Assembly: GCA_963842945.1 (NCBI GenBank)
Contig: CAWJIM010000019.1
Coordinates: 512,001-576,000, forward strand
Origin: an uncultured Gemmatimonadales bacterium
Lineage (GTDB): Bacteria; Gemmatimonadota; Gemmatimonadetes; Gemmatimonadales; GWC2-71-9
Reading direction: 5' to 3'
Length of the DNA stretch: 64,000 bases
A program made the translations under genes and the position numbers. Below the pieces are notes generated by a model. The model did no database searches. It saw only the letters and a program-made list of their open reading frames with translations, and had not been told where the DNA came from. Positions 41,955 to 52,481 of this stretch are shown here, piece after piece. Numbering within the stretch: position 1 is the stretch's first letter; each line of letters opens with the position of its first letter.

Positions 41955-44900
41955 GTGACGTCAGTCGACTCGCACTTCGCCGACGCTCTCCGTGACCGCT
42001 ACGTGCTCGAGCGCGAGCTCGGCCGTGGCGGCATGGCCACGGTCTATCTCGCCCGCGATCTCCGGCACGACCGCCCCGTCGCCCTGAAGGTCCTCCATCC
42101 CGAGCTGGCGCACGCGCTGGGCCCCGAGCGGTTCATCCGGGAGATCAGGCTCGCCGCCCGGCTCGACCACCCGCACATCCTGTCGGTCCACGACTCCGGT
42201 GAAACGGCCGGCCGGCTCTGGTTCACCATGCCCTACGTGGAGGGCGAGTCGCTCCGGAACCGCCTGGCGCGCGAGCCCCAGCTCCCGCTGGCGGACGCGC
42301 TGCGGATCACCCGGGCGGTGGCCGACGCGCTGGGATACGCCCAGCGGCAGGGCATCATCCATCGCGACGTCAAGCCGGAGAACATCCTGCTCCAGGGCGA
42401 GCGATGCGTGCTCGCCGACTTCGGCGTCGCCCGAGCCGTGGACGCCGCCGGCGAGCGCCTGACGGAGACCGGCTTCGCGCTGGGCACGCCCGCCTACATG
42501 AGTCCGGAGCAGGGCGCGGCCGACCGCCATCTCGACCCTCGCAGCGACATCTACTCGCTCGGGTGCGTGGTGTACGAGATGCTCGCGGGCGAGCCGCCGT
42601 TCACCGGACGGACGGCCCAGGCCCTCATCGCCCGCCGGCTGGCGGATCCCGTGCCCGACCTCTGCACGGTGCGTGACGTCCCCCGGCAGGTCGAGCGAGC
42701 CGTCAGGCAGGCGCTGGCCCGCGCGCCGGCGGACCGGTTCGCGGACGCGCCGGCCTTCGCGCGGGCGCTGGAGGCCGCGGCAGGCGCGCCCCGCGCGGCC
42801 GCGAGCCCCGCCGTTCGACGAGGTCTGCTGGCCGCGGCGGCGGTGCTCCTGGTCGCTCTCGCCGGCGCCGGCGTCTGGCTGCGCGCTCGGCCTGCCGCCG
42901 AAGACGCCCGCGACGCCGACCTGCTCGCGGTCGCCCCGTTCGAGGTGCTGGAGCCGTCACTCCAGGTCTGGCGGGAGGGCATGGGCGACGTGCTCTCCCG
43001 CACGCTCGACGGGGCGGGCCCGATCCGCACGGTGTCGCCGAGCGTGGTGCTCCGGCGCTGGAGCGGCCGGGCCGATCGGACATCCGCCGAGGAGCTGGGG
43101 CGCCGCACCGGGCGCGGGGCTGGTCGTCTACGGTGCGGTGGTGCCGCGAGGGCGGGACTCGGTGACGCTCCGCGCCGCCCTGCTCGATCGCGCCGGCGGA
43201 ATGGGAAAGACGGACATCGAGGTGTCGGGCGAGGCGGCCCGCATCGGCGAGCTCGCCGACTCGCTCGGCATCCGGGCGCTGCGGGTGCTCTCGTCCGGCC
43301 GGGCGATCGGCTCGGTCCGCCGGACGTCGATCGGCTCGAAGTCGCTGCCCGCGCTGAAGGCGTTCCTCCAGGGCGAACAGTTCTACCGGCGAGGGCTGTG
43401 GGACTCGGCGCTCACGCGGTACGACCAGGCGATCGCGGCCGACAGCACGTTCGCGCTGGCGCTGGCACAGATGGCCATGGTGCTCGGCTGGAACCCGCCG
43501 ACGGCGGGCGCGTACCGGCCGCGCGAGGAGTACATGCGGCGTGCGACCCTCCACAACCACGGGCTTCCCCCGCGGGACAGTCTCTACATCGTCGCCGACT
43601 CCTTCAGACCTCGCGGCGGAGGAGGTGACCGATGCCGGAGGCGTATCGTCCGCCTGAAGTTCCGCGCGGTGACGGCGGTGGAGGAGGCGGTCCGACGCTA
43701 CCCCGAAGACCCCGATGGCCTGGTATGCGCTCGGCGAATGGCGCATGGCCACGAGCCGTGGCCCATTGCCGGGCCGCCGGCCGTGTCACTCGAGGCCTTC
43801 ACCCGCGCGATCGCGCTGGATCCGGGGTTCGGGCCAGCCTACGAGCACATGCCGGCACTGCTTCTGTCCCTGGGACGCCCGGAGGAGGCCCGGCGCTACG
43901 CAGCCACCTACCTGGCCTCTGGACCCGACCTCGCCCCACGGAGCCGGGACACGCCTGGCGGCGCTATTGCTGGACGGGGTGGCGGGCGAAGCGGGTGATG
44001 TTGACACGGCTTCGGTCTTCACTGTCTGGGCGCGTTCCGCGGCCACCTACCTGGCCCTCGACTCGACCGCTCGACCGTCCGAAATCCGCCTGGCGGCGCT
44101 GTTGCTGGACTCGAGTGCGACCGCCAGGGCCGAGGCGGAGCGGATGCTCGACACGGCGTCGGTCTACACCGTCTGGGGGCGGCGTCAACTCAGCATGTGG
44201 CCGCCCTGGCCCGACACGGCCGAGACCGCAATCCGGCTGCTGCGGCGCCTCGGCGAGCCGGGCCGAGGCGCCGGTGGAGCGCCTCCGTGGGTCCTCGACT
44301 CGGTCATGTGGCCGCAGTACCTGGCTCACGCGCTCGCGTTCCGCGGCCACCTGCGCGAGGCCTTCGCGGTGAATGAGCGCCTGCTGCGCCAGCCTTCCGC
44401 CTCGCCGTGGAGCTGGTTCCTCGACCCGTTCCTGGACCTCAGCCTGCTCGGGATCGTTCCGGACTCGCTGGCCCGCGCGACCTTCGGTCGCTGCCCTCGA
44501 GGCAGACGCTGGCTGGGGGGACTTCTTCACTCCACCGTCACTTGAGGGGGCTGCCCTGGTGGCTGTCGCGCGGCGACACGGCGGCCCTGGCACGCTTCGG
44601 CGCCCAGGCGGCTCGCACGGCGCGGGCACCCAGCGACCCCGCGCGCGGCCCTGCGGGCTCGGCTGCTCGGAGAGACGAGCGTCGCGTTCCTCGATCTGGC
44701 GCGGGGCGATTCCGTGGCGGCGATCCGGAAGCTGAGCGCGATCCCCGACACGCTCTGCCTGGCGGACAACTACGCCGCCAACTGCTTCCACCTGAACCTG
44801 ACGCTGGCGCGGCTCCTGGCGGCTCGCGGTGACGATCGGCGCGCCGGCGCGTTGCTGGAGCGCTGGCGGTGGAGCGGCGGCAGCACGCCGTCGTTCGTGC

Positions 44901-45064
44901 TCGCCACGCTCGAGCTCGGCCGTATCGCCGAACGGCTCGGGGACACGCGGAAGGCGGCCGAGTGCTATGGCTTCGTGATGGCGGCCTGGCGCCGGCCAGA
45001 TCGGGAGCTGCTGCCCTACGTGGCGGAAGCGCGGGAAGGGCTGGCGCGGCTCGGTGTGGAGTGA
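41955..45064 (+). CDS. Ser/Thr kinase with TM and TPR C-terminus (several frameshifts)
   Basis: GRGGMATVY, HRDVKPEN, DFGVA, GTPAYMSPEQ; TPR segments continue in ORFs 42673, 43715, 44407 and 44714. Confidence 0.85.
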
Positions 45065-45237
45065 GGCCGCCTGGGGCCTGGGCGGTGGGCCCGACCGTGC
45101 AGCGGCCGAGGCTGTGCCGGAACTGTGCCGGAACAGGAGACAACTGCGGACTACACGGGACAACAGGACCGAGGCACAAGTCCAACAGCCACAACACTCA
45201 CGTGGTCTGCTCTTGTCTGCTGTGTCACCCCGCCATT

Positions 45238-45292
45238 AGGACTTAGGATCCTGTCCCGCAAGGGGTCCGGGTTCGACTCCCGGCGTTCGCAT
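45238..45292 (+). repeat. tRNA-Leu(TAG) 3' fragment, att-like copy 2
   Basis: AGGA-CTTAGGA-TCCT anticodon arm overlapping the same 48-bp core. Confidence 0.92.
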
Positions 45293-45438
45293 CCCCCTCT
45301 GATCCAATCACTTAAACAATCGCCTTGGCAGCACTGAAGGATGTGCCGCCAAGGCGATGTCTTTTCGAATGTCTCTTCGACCTGTACTGGCCATTCGTGC
45401 AGCTCAGGTACGCGGGGGCGCGAGGGCCGGTGTAGGCG

Positions 45439-46713
45439 TCACCGATGCTCCACGGCGGTCTGATCCGCCCACGGCGCCCGCTCCAGTCGGCGATCCTCGA
45501 ACCCGAGACGCCTGGCTACGACCCGGTAGGAGAACTCGGCGTCCGGATCGCCCGCGCGAAGCTGCACCACAAAGCCGAGTGGCGTCCGTTCGCTCACGTA
45601 GAGCTCGGCGTTCCCATAGGGCTGCACAAAGACATGGTACGGCGTCGCCGGGTTGACGGTCTGGGCAAAGATGGGATCGAGGAGGATCCGTGCCCGGCCA
45701 TGATCCAGTCGTCCGAAGCCGTAATCGGTGAACCAGACCTCGCTGGATTCCTCGGTGTAGAGGGCTCGTGCGCCGGTGGTCGTCGCCACCACGGCATTCT
45801 TGCTCCCGCCCACGACCTGGAGACCGGCGCCGCCCCTGGTCTCGATGATCACGCCTTTGCCCGTCGCGGAGGCGGCCACGAAGTGCCCGGCCCAGCCGTG
45901 GCCGTCGGTGTAGATGTAGGCGGCGTCGCCAAAGTTGTTCGGATTGTTGATCACGAAGTTCGCCGCCCCCCCGATTCCGTAGGTGCGCCCGAACACCGCC
46001 GCCACGCCGTTGCTCGGGCTGGTATTCTCGAACGATCCGCCTCGACCGTTCCCTGTCGCCCTGCCCTGCACACCGCTTCCCGAACCCGGACTCGTGCCGA
46101 AGACCGCCGCGCTCCCATTGTTGGGGTTGGCGACGGTGAACAGTCCAGCCGGACCGGTCCCGGTGTTCACGGCACTGATCGCGTTGCCCGAGCCTGCGGT
46201 GAAGGCGTACACTGCATTGCCGCCGTTGGCGGCACTGGTATTCTCGAACTTGGCCGCCGAGCCGGTCCCGCTCGCCACCGCATGCACCGCGTTCCCGGTC
46301 CCGTTGGTCTTGGCCAGCAGCGCGTCCTGACCGCTCGCGGCGTTGGTGATTTCGAACAGCCCCGCCCGGCCGGCGCCGGTGGAGAGTCCGCGTACCGCGT
46401 TGCCGGTGCCGTTGGTCTGCCCCAGCAACGCGGTCTGGCTGTTGCCGGCGTTCGCGATCTTGAAGAACCCGGTCGGCCCGGTACCGGTCTGGGTCAGTCC
46501 GAAGATGATGGCGCTGCTGCTGGAGCTCTGGTTGACCGGGAGCACGATGGCCGCGTTGGCCACCAAATCGGCGGACGACTCGACCGAGGCGAGGGTGGGC
46601 TCGGCGGTTGCCGCGGCCGGGATGTCCGGATCGGTGGGCGGGCCGCCCTGGTCGCAAGCCAGCAGAGCGAGCGACAGGGCGAGGGGCAAGCGAATGCGAC
46701 GGGGCGAGGGCAT
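45439..46713 (-). CDS. Lipoprotein with Gly/Asn-rich beta-helix-like repeats and a tail-fibre-like C-terminal domain
   Basis: LLAC lipobox; repeats such as TNGTGNAV/AGLFEI; C-terminal GSKNAVV...EESSEVWFTDYG...FSYRVVARR. Confidence 0.75.
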   Translation of the reverse strand: MPSPRRIRLPLALSLALLACDQGGPPTDPDIPAAATAEPTLASVESSADLVANAAIVLPVNQSSSSSAIIFGLTQTGTGPTGFFKIANAGNSQTALLGQTNGTGNAVRGLSTGAGRAGLFEITNAASGQDALLAKTNGTGNAVHAVASGTGSAAKFENTSAANGGNAVYAFTAGSGNAISAVNTGTGPAGLFTVANPNNGSAAVFGTSPGSGSGVQGRATGNGRGGSFENTSPSNGVAAVFGRTYGIGGAANFVINNPNNFGDAAYIYTDGHGWAGHFVAASATGKGVIIETRGGAGLQVVGGSKNAVVATTTGARALYTEESSEVWFTDYGFGRLDHGRARILLDPIFAQTVNPATPYHVFVQPYGNAELYVSERTPLGFVVQLRAGDPDAEFSYRVVARRLGFEDRRLERAPWADQTAVEHR

Positions 46714-46862
46714 ACGTCCTTCCTTGTTGGGGAGTCCACGAAAGACGCCCGGTTTGCCCCAGGAGCCCCTCATCCCTCCCCCCGGGTACGACCTCCCCCC
46801 AGAAGGCCCCCTGAGTGACTCGGCCCGACGTCAGGGGCATTTTGTCTGCGTCCATCCGGCCG

Positions 46863-46919
46863 TTAGGACCTAGGATCCTGTCCCGCAAGGGGTCCGGGTT
46901 CGACTCCCGGCGTTCGCAT
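46863..46919 (+). repeat. tRNA-Leu 3' fragment, att-like copy 3
   Basis: ttaggacct followed by the same 48-bp core (46872-46919). Confidence 0.92.
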
Positions 46920-46983
46920 TCCCGTTCCTGGGCGCCCGATGGTTGCGCGAGCTAATTCTGTCACTTCTTTGAGTGAGGCTCAT

Positions 46984-47982
46984 ATGAGCATCGCTTTGAT
47001 CGCCCTCCTCACGTTTCCGCGTGCAGCGTACGCACACGAGAAATGGTTCGCCGACGCCAGCGCGTATCCCACGCAGTGGGAGCAGGTGTTCAGGTTTCCG
47101 CAGATTGTCGGCGTATCGCTCGCGCTGGCCGCCACCATCATGCTCGCAATCGTGTGGCGCAGGAACAAAGGTCGCGCGCTGCTGCCGGGACCGGAGGCCC
47201 TCGGCGCGACGCGCGACGGACGCGCACGCTTTTATGCGCTGGTGCCGCTCATCCTCGGGATTCATGTCGGATTGCCGCTGCTCGTGCTGGGGATCATGGG
47301 ACAGTTGTTCTCGCCGAACAACCAGCTCGCAGGACCGTGGCTGTACTGGCTGGGCGTCGTGGAGATCGGAATCGCCCTGAGCTTGCTCTACGGCGGTCTG
47401 GCCCGGGTGGGCGGGGCAGCATTGTGCCTGCTCTGGCTGATCGGCGCCGGCGTCGTCGGGCTGGAGTCGATGCTCGAGAACGCCCACTATCTCGGGTTCG
47501 GCGCGTTCTTCATGCTGACGGGGCGAGGCCCCTACGCGGTCGACCGGTTGCTGTTTCCCGCCCTCGAGCCGACGCCGCGGCTGTCGCGTCTCGCGATGCC
47601 GTGCCTGCGGATAGGGACGGGGCTGGGCCTGACGATTGTCGCGTTCACCGAGAAACTCGCCAACCCTGAATTGGCTCGGGCATTCCTGCAACACCATCCG
47701 CTGAACTTCACCGCCTGGCTGCACATCCCGATGTCAGACGACCTCTTCGTGTTGTGCGCGGGCAGCACAGAACTGCTGATCGGGCTCTGCCTGATCTTCG
47801 GTATCTTCCCCCGGCTCATCGTGGCGACTGCCTGGCTCCTCATCAACATGTCGCTGACGGTGTTCAATTGGGTGGAGCTCGTCGGGCATCTCCCTCTGTA
47901 TGGCGTGATGGCGATGCTGCTGGTGTGGACGCCGCGAGAGGAAGACCAGCGGCTGTGGGCCGAAGGTATCCTCCAGAGATGA
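46984..47982 (+). CDS. DoxX-like multi-pass membrane protein
   Basis: Many TMs; AHEKWF, GRGPYAVD, AFTEKLANP and ELVGHLP motifs. Confidence 0.72.
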   Translation: MSIALIALLTFPRAAYAHEKWFADASAYPTQWEQVFRFPQIVGVSLALAATIMLAIVWRRNKGRALLPGPEALGATRDGRARFYALVPLILGIHVGLPLLVLGIMGQLFSPNNQLAGPWLYWLGVVEIGIALSLLYGGLARVGGAALCLLWLIGAGVVGLESMLENAHYLGFGAFFMLTGRGPYAVDRLLFPALEPTPRLSRLAMPCLRIGTGLGLTIVAFTEKLANPELARAFLQHHPLNFTAWLHIPMSDDLFVLCAGSTELLIGLCLIFGIFPRLIVATAWLLINMSLTVFNWVELVGHLPLYGVMAMLLVWTPREEDQRLWAEGILQR

Positions 47983-48104
47983 ATCGGGCGAATCGGTGTG
48001 TTCACCGGCGTATGACGGCCTCGGCACATGCGATCCATGGCCGCCGCGGCCTACAGCTCATCGCGGCGGCGGTGTAACTTCCCCATCCCTACGACCCCAA
48101 CCTT

Positions 48105-48986
48105 ATGACGGCTTCAGCCAATCCCGTGACCGCCTCGTTGCGGCAGCCCGCGCTCCGGTCGCCCGAATTCGGACTGGCCCTCGGGCTCGTCGTCGGGCGC
48201 TTCGCGCTCGACATGCAGGACCTTCATTACGGCTACTGGACCGACGACCTCGAGCTGACGCCGCAGAACATTCCGCGGGCCCAGGCCCGCTACACTGACG
48301 AGCTGATGGCCGACATCCCCGCGGGCGTGCGCTCGATTCTCGACGTGGGCTGCGGGGCGGGGAACACGGCGCACAAGCTGCTCGAGCGGGGCTACGAGGT
48401 CGACTGCGTCTCGCCCAACGCCTGGCTCACCGCGGAAGCCCGCAGGGTGCTGGGGACCCGGGCCCGGGTCTTCGCGTCCAAGTTCGAGGACCTCACCCTG
48501 GACCGGACCTACGACCTGATCCTCTTCAGCGAAAGCTTCCTCTTCATGAAGGCGGAGCAGGCGCTGGCGAAGGCGGAATCCGCGCTCCAGCCCGGCGGTT
48601 ACATCCTGATCTCCGACATCTTCAAGCTCCCCGCCGACGAGAAGAGCCCGATCGGCGGCGGCCAGGACCTGCGCCGCTATCGCGCGCTGCTCGCCGCCTC
48701 GCACTTCACCCAGCTCAAGGACACCGACATGACGGCGAATATCGCGCCGACGTTCGATCTCCTGAGCCGGGCCTACGTCGAGGCGATCGGCCCCGCCTAC
48801 GGGCTCATCCTCGCCAAGCTCGACGCGTCGTATCCCCGGCTGATGAAGTTCGTGCGCTGGAAGTGGAGGGCCAGGATCGCCCGCTACGAGGAGAAGCACT
48901 TCAGCGGCAAGCGCGACGGTGCGCACTTCATGAGGCACAAGTCGTATCGGAGGATGCTGTATCAACTCAGGATTGGGGGCTCGTGA
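48105..48986 (+). CDS. Class I SAM-dependent methyltransferase
   Basis: LHYGYW, ILDVGCGAG and LQPGG motifs. Confidence 0.88.
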   Translation: MTASANPVTASLRQPALRSPEFGLALGLVVGRFALDMQDLHYGYWTDDLELTPQNIPRAQARYTDELMADIPAGVRSILDVGCGAGNTAHKLLERGYEVDCVSPNAWLTAEARRVLGTRARVFASKFEDLTLDRTYDLILFSESFLFMKAEQALAKAESALQPGGYILISDIFKLPADEKSPIGGGQDLRRYRALLAASHFTQLKDTDMTANIAPTFDLLSRAYVEAIGPAYGLILAKLDASYPRLMKFVRWKWRARIARYEEKHFSGKRDGAHFMRHKSYRRMLYQLRIGGS

Positions 48987-49221
48987 AGTCCACGGGGAAG
49001 TACTACCCCTGGTATCTCCCATCTGCAGCCGCAATACGCCCCTGCCCGCTCGCCAGACGATAGCAGCAGGCCGTCTCCTACGAGCCGGATGGTGCATCGG
49101 GTCCAGACGCAGCATAATGTTTCGGGCCAACCGAAGAACCACGCCGGAGCCTGCGACGTTCCTTTGGCGACACTGAAGCCGCCCGGCGTCCGGCTCCTCG
49201 CCCGATCGGTAGGAGAATTGG

Positions 49222-49890
49222 ATGGAGCGTCGCACCGGCCGGCATGCCGGAGCGCCCGCCGACACGAGCCCGGAGAGCAAGGGTCCTTCCGACACCGCTG
49301 CGCCGGGTCGGCGCCTGCTCGAGACCGGGCGGGAGACGTCGCTGCGCAAGCGGCTCGTCGCCCGGGACGAGCGCGCGCTCGCGGAGCTGGTGGAGGTCGC
49401 CACGCCCTGGCTGCTCAACGTCGCGCGGGCCATGCTCCGGGACGAGGACGAGGCGGAAGAGATCGTGACGGAGGCGTTTCGCCAACTCTGGCAGAACCTC
49501 CCGTCGGCCGCTGGAGAGCACGCCGGGCTGATGCCCTACCTCATGCGGCTCACGCGACATCGGGCGATCGATCGCCTGCGAGCCCGCCGACGGCGCCAGC
49601 GCCTGCTGAGCGCGGCGGCCTTGGCTGGCGAGCCTCCGGTCGTCCCGCCCTCCGAGCCGGATGAGGCCGGACAGCCGGGATATCAGGTGCATGCGCAGGT
49701 CCATGCGGCGCTCAAGGCGCTGCCGGCTGATGAGCAGGCAGTGGTGCAGCTCGCCTATTTCCAGGGCCTGTCGCAATCGGAGGTCGCCGCCGCGCTGGGA
49801 ATTCCGCTCGGGACGGTGAAGTCACGTCTCCGGCGCGCGTTCGGCCGGCTGCGCGAGTCGCTCGCTGGACTCGAGGACTGGGTGGTATGA
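49222..49890 (+). CDS. ECF sigma factor (SigK-like)
   Basis: RHRAIDRLR; LAYFQGLSQSEVAAALGIPLGTVKSRLR; true start may be downstream. Confidence 0.9.
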   Translation: MERRTGRHAGAPADTSPESKGPSDTAAPGRRLLETGRETSLRKRLVARDERALAELVEVATPWLLNVARAMLRDEDEAEEIVTEAFRQLWQNLPSAAGEHAGLMPYLMRLTRHRAIDRLRARRRRQRLLSAAALAGEPPVVPPSEPDEAGQPGYQVHAQVHAALKALPADEQAVVQLAYFQGLSQSEVAAALGIPLGTVKSRLRRAFGRLRESLAGLEDWVV

Positions 49891-50627
49891 ATCCGCATGA
49901 CTGGTTCGCCGAGCGCGCGGTCGAATACGCGACCCGCACGCTGGACGCCGAGGAGGCGACAGCGTTCGAGACGCATCTCGGCCAGTGCGACGCATGCCGG
50001 ACGCGAGGTCGCGGAGATCGAGCGCGACCTCGCGTGGCTGCCGATGGCCCTGCCTCCGGTCACGCCGAGGCCGGGATTTCGCGAGCGGATCGTCGCCGGC
50101 GCTCTGGGCAAGCGGCGTCCGACTCGCCGCGTGAGCTGGGCGCTGCCGACCGCGCTCGCGGCCTCACTCCTCCTCGCGGTGGGCGGCTGGTACCTGGGTG
50201 GCGCACGCTCCCGCGCCCTCGCAGCGCGAGCTCGAGGCCCAACGGGCCGCGGTGGCGGCACTCCAGGACACGCTCTCGATCATGCGGCAAGCGGGCCGCA
50301 TCCTCCAGGCGACCTTCGAGGACGGCCGCACCAGCGGCGGCGTGCTCATCTTCGCGGACGAGGTCACCCACCGCTGGAACGTGGTGATCCATGGGCTGCC
50401 ACCGGCGCCCCGAGGTTACCAGTACCAGTTCTGGTTCATCTGCGACGACGGCATGGTGCGAGGCACGGAAGTGGCCGCCGATACCAAGCAGGCCCACCAT
50501 GTTCACGACCGGCATGCCGCAGCCCGCGTCGTGCCCCGTGGTGAAGGGTGCGGCGCTCACCGAGGAGCCGGTCGCCGACGGACAGGGGCCGCCGCGTGGA
50601 AAGTCGCTCGCCCATCTGATGCTTTGA
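49887..50627 (+). CDS. RskA-like anti-sigma factor (about three frameshifts)
   Basis: HLGQCDAC zinc motif, TM, GLPPAPRGYQYQFW and ALTEEP motifs. Confidence 0.82.
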
Positions 50628-50810
50628 GCGGTCGTTGGCTGCCCCCCGTTCGCGCTTCTTGACGTCCGCTTGATCCCGCTCCCGAAAGTTGATCCGCACC
50701 TCACACAGTGGTGAGGACAACCTTCGCTGGAGCTGCAGATGAGACACGCGTGTTTCAACTCTCCGAATCGCTCACGGCGTGTTTCCCGCGCTCCGCTTCC
50801 GGCATCGCCG

Positions 50811-52475
50811 ATGAGACTGAGGCACGTCGCACGACTGTGGATACTCGGGCTCCTGCTGGCCGGCTGCGGAGACCGGGACGAGAGCCCGCTGGGCCCGCCT
50901 GATGCCACGACTGCCGCCCCGACCACGGCGATGGGCGATGTCGTCGCTCGAGCCGACAAGCTGCGCCATGCCGTCGACTTGGGCGCCCCGACAACGTCGA
51001 CTGCCGCGCCTGCAGCGCTGTCGGCAGATCTGGAATCCGCCGGGGCGACTTCGATCCCGTTTGCACCGAAACCAGGGCCCTTCGCGCATGCCGTGCCCGA
51101 CTGCGACGACTGCATGTTCGATGGGTTCCCGATCGGCTTCACCTTCGCCTTCTTCGGCAACAACTACACGACCTTCAGCCTCTCCACCAACGGCTTCATC
51201 ACGTTCACCCCCGGCCAGACCGCCGGCTGCTGCAGCGGCCAGCCTGTTCCCTGGATCGACTTTCCCAATAACATCATCGCGGCAGCCTGGACCGACCTGT
51301 ACTCGCCCGGAGGTGGAGGAATCTTCTACGAGACCCGCGGTCAGGCCCCGAACCGCTTCCTGGTGGTCGCGTTCCAGAACCTCCCCTGGTTCCCCGAGGT
51401 GGGAATCAACCGGGTCACCACACAGATCGTGCTCTACGAGGGCAGCAACACCATCGAGATCCACACCGCCAACCAGTCGGCGGGCCACATCTACACGCAG
51501 GGCGTCGAGGATGGGAACGGCTTCCGGGCCGCGTCGCTGCCCGGCCGGTCGGACGCCAACTACGGCCTCACCAACGATGCGGTCCGGTTCACCACGTTCG
51601 GCAACTTCTGGTCATCGCGAAGCGCCGTGCCGACCGCGCGCCAGCGCCCGGCCGTCGCGGCCGCCGGAGGCAGCCTCTACGCAGTGGGCGGACTCAATGG
51701 CGCGGGCACCGCGCTCACGAGCGTGGTTGCCTACAGCTCGGGGAGCAACAGCTGGAGCAGCAGGGCGGCGCTTCCGGCCGCCCGTTACGGCAGCGGTGCC
51801 GCGGGCATCAGCGGCAAGCTGTACGTCGCCGGCGGCTTCAATTCCGCCGGGACGCTCACCCGATCGCTGTACGTCTACACCCCGAGCACCAACCGCTGGG
51901 TCGCCAGAGCCGGCATGCCGGCGGCGAGCGGCTGCGGGGGCTCCGGGATGATCAACGGGATGCTGTACGTCTTCACCGGCTGCACGCTCCTGAGCACCGG
52001 GAGCCAGGTCGGCGCGGGGCTGCTGCACCGCTACGATCCGAGCACCGACACATGGACCACGCTTACCGCGGCGCCGGCGGCGCACGTGTATCCGGCGGTC
52101 GGTGTCCTGGACGGCAAGCTCTATGTGGCGGGAGGAAGCAACAACTCCGGGCAGACCACGGGGCGACTCGATGTCTACGACCCGGCGACCAACACCTGGA
52201 CCACCCGGAGTCCGATGCCCACGGCGCGGCTCTCCGCGGCCGGTGCGGGGGTCGGCGGGCTGTTCTACGTGGTGGGCGGACGGAGCGGGACGGCCTACCT
52301 GAACACGGTCCAGGCCTACAATCCCGCGACCGAGTCGTGGGGCTCGATGAAGCCCGTCACCACCGCCCGTGCGGGGCTCGGGCTCGCTCTGGTCAACAGT
52401 GAAGGACGGTTCTACGCCGTCGGGGGTCGGAACGCAAGCAATGTGCTGGGGACCAACGAGCGCTATACGCCCTGA
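50811..52475 (+). CDS. Kelch-repeat lipoprotein with an N-terminal NIDO-like region
   Basis: LAGC lipobox; PIGFTFAFFG...STNGFITF; six LYxxGG...YDP...W repeats. Confidence 0.85.
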   Translation: MRLRHVARLWILGLLLAGCGDRDESPLGPPDATTAAPTTAMGDVVARADKLRHAVDLGAPTTSTAAPAALSADLESAGATSIPFAPKPGPFAHAVPDCDDCMFDGFPIGFTFAFFGNNYTTFSLSTNGFITFTPGQTAGCCSGQPVPWIDFPNNIIAAAWTDLYSPGGGGIFYETRGQAPNRFLVVAFQNLPWFPEVGINRVTTQIVLYEGSNTIEIHTANQSAGHIYTQGVEDGNGFRAASLPGRSDANYGLTNDAVRFTTFGNFWSSRSAVPTARQRPAVAAAGGSLYAVGGLNGAGTALTSVVAYSSGSNSWSSRAALPAARYGSGAAGISGKLYVAGGFNSAGTLTRSLYVYTPSTNRWVARAGMPAASGCGGSGMINGMLYVFTGCTLLSTGSQVGAGLLHRYDPSTDTWTTLTAAPAAHVYPAVGVLDGKLYVAGGSNNSGQTTGRLDVYDPATNTWTTRSPMPTARLSAAGAGVGGLFYVVGGRSGTAYLNTVQAYNPATESWGSMKPVTTARAGLGLALVNSEGRFYAVGGRNASNVLGTNERYTP

Positions 52476-52481
52476 CCCGAT

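Noticed and set aside
41727..46919. Three tRNA-Leu genes or a CRISPR array
   Set aside because: No 5' acceptor strand or D arm precedes any copy; spacing is in kilobases and there are no cas genes
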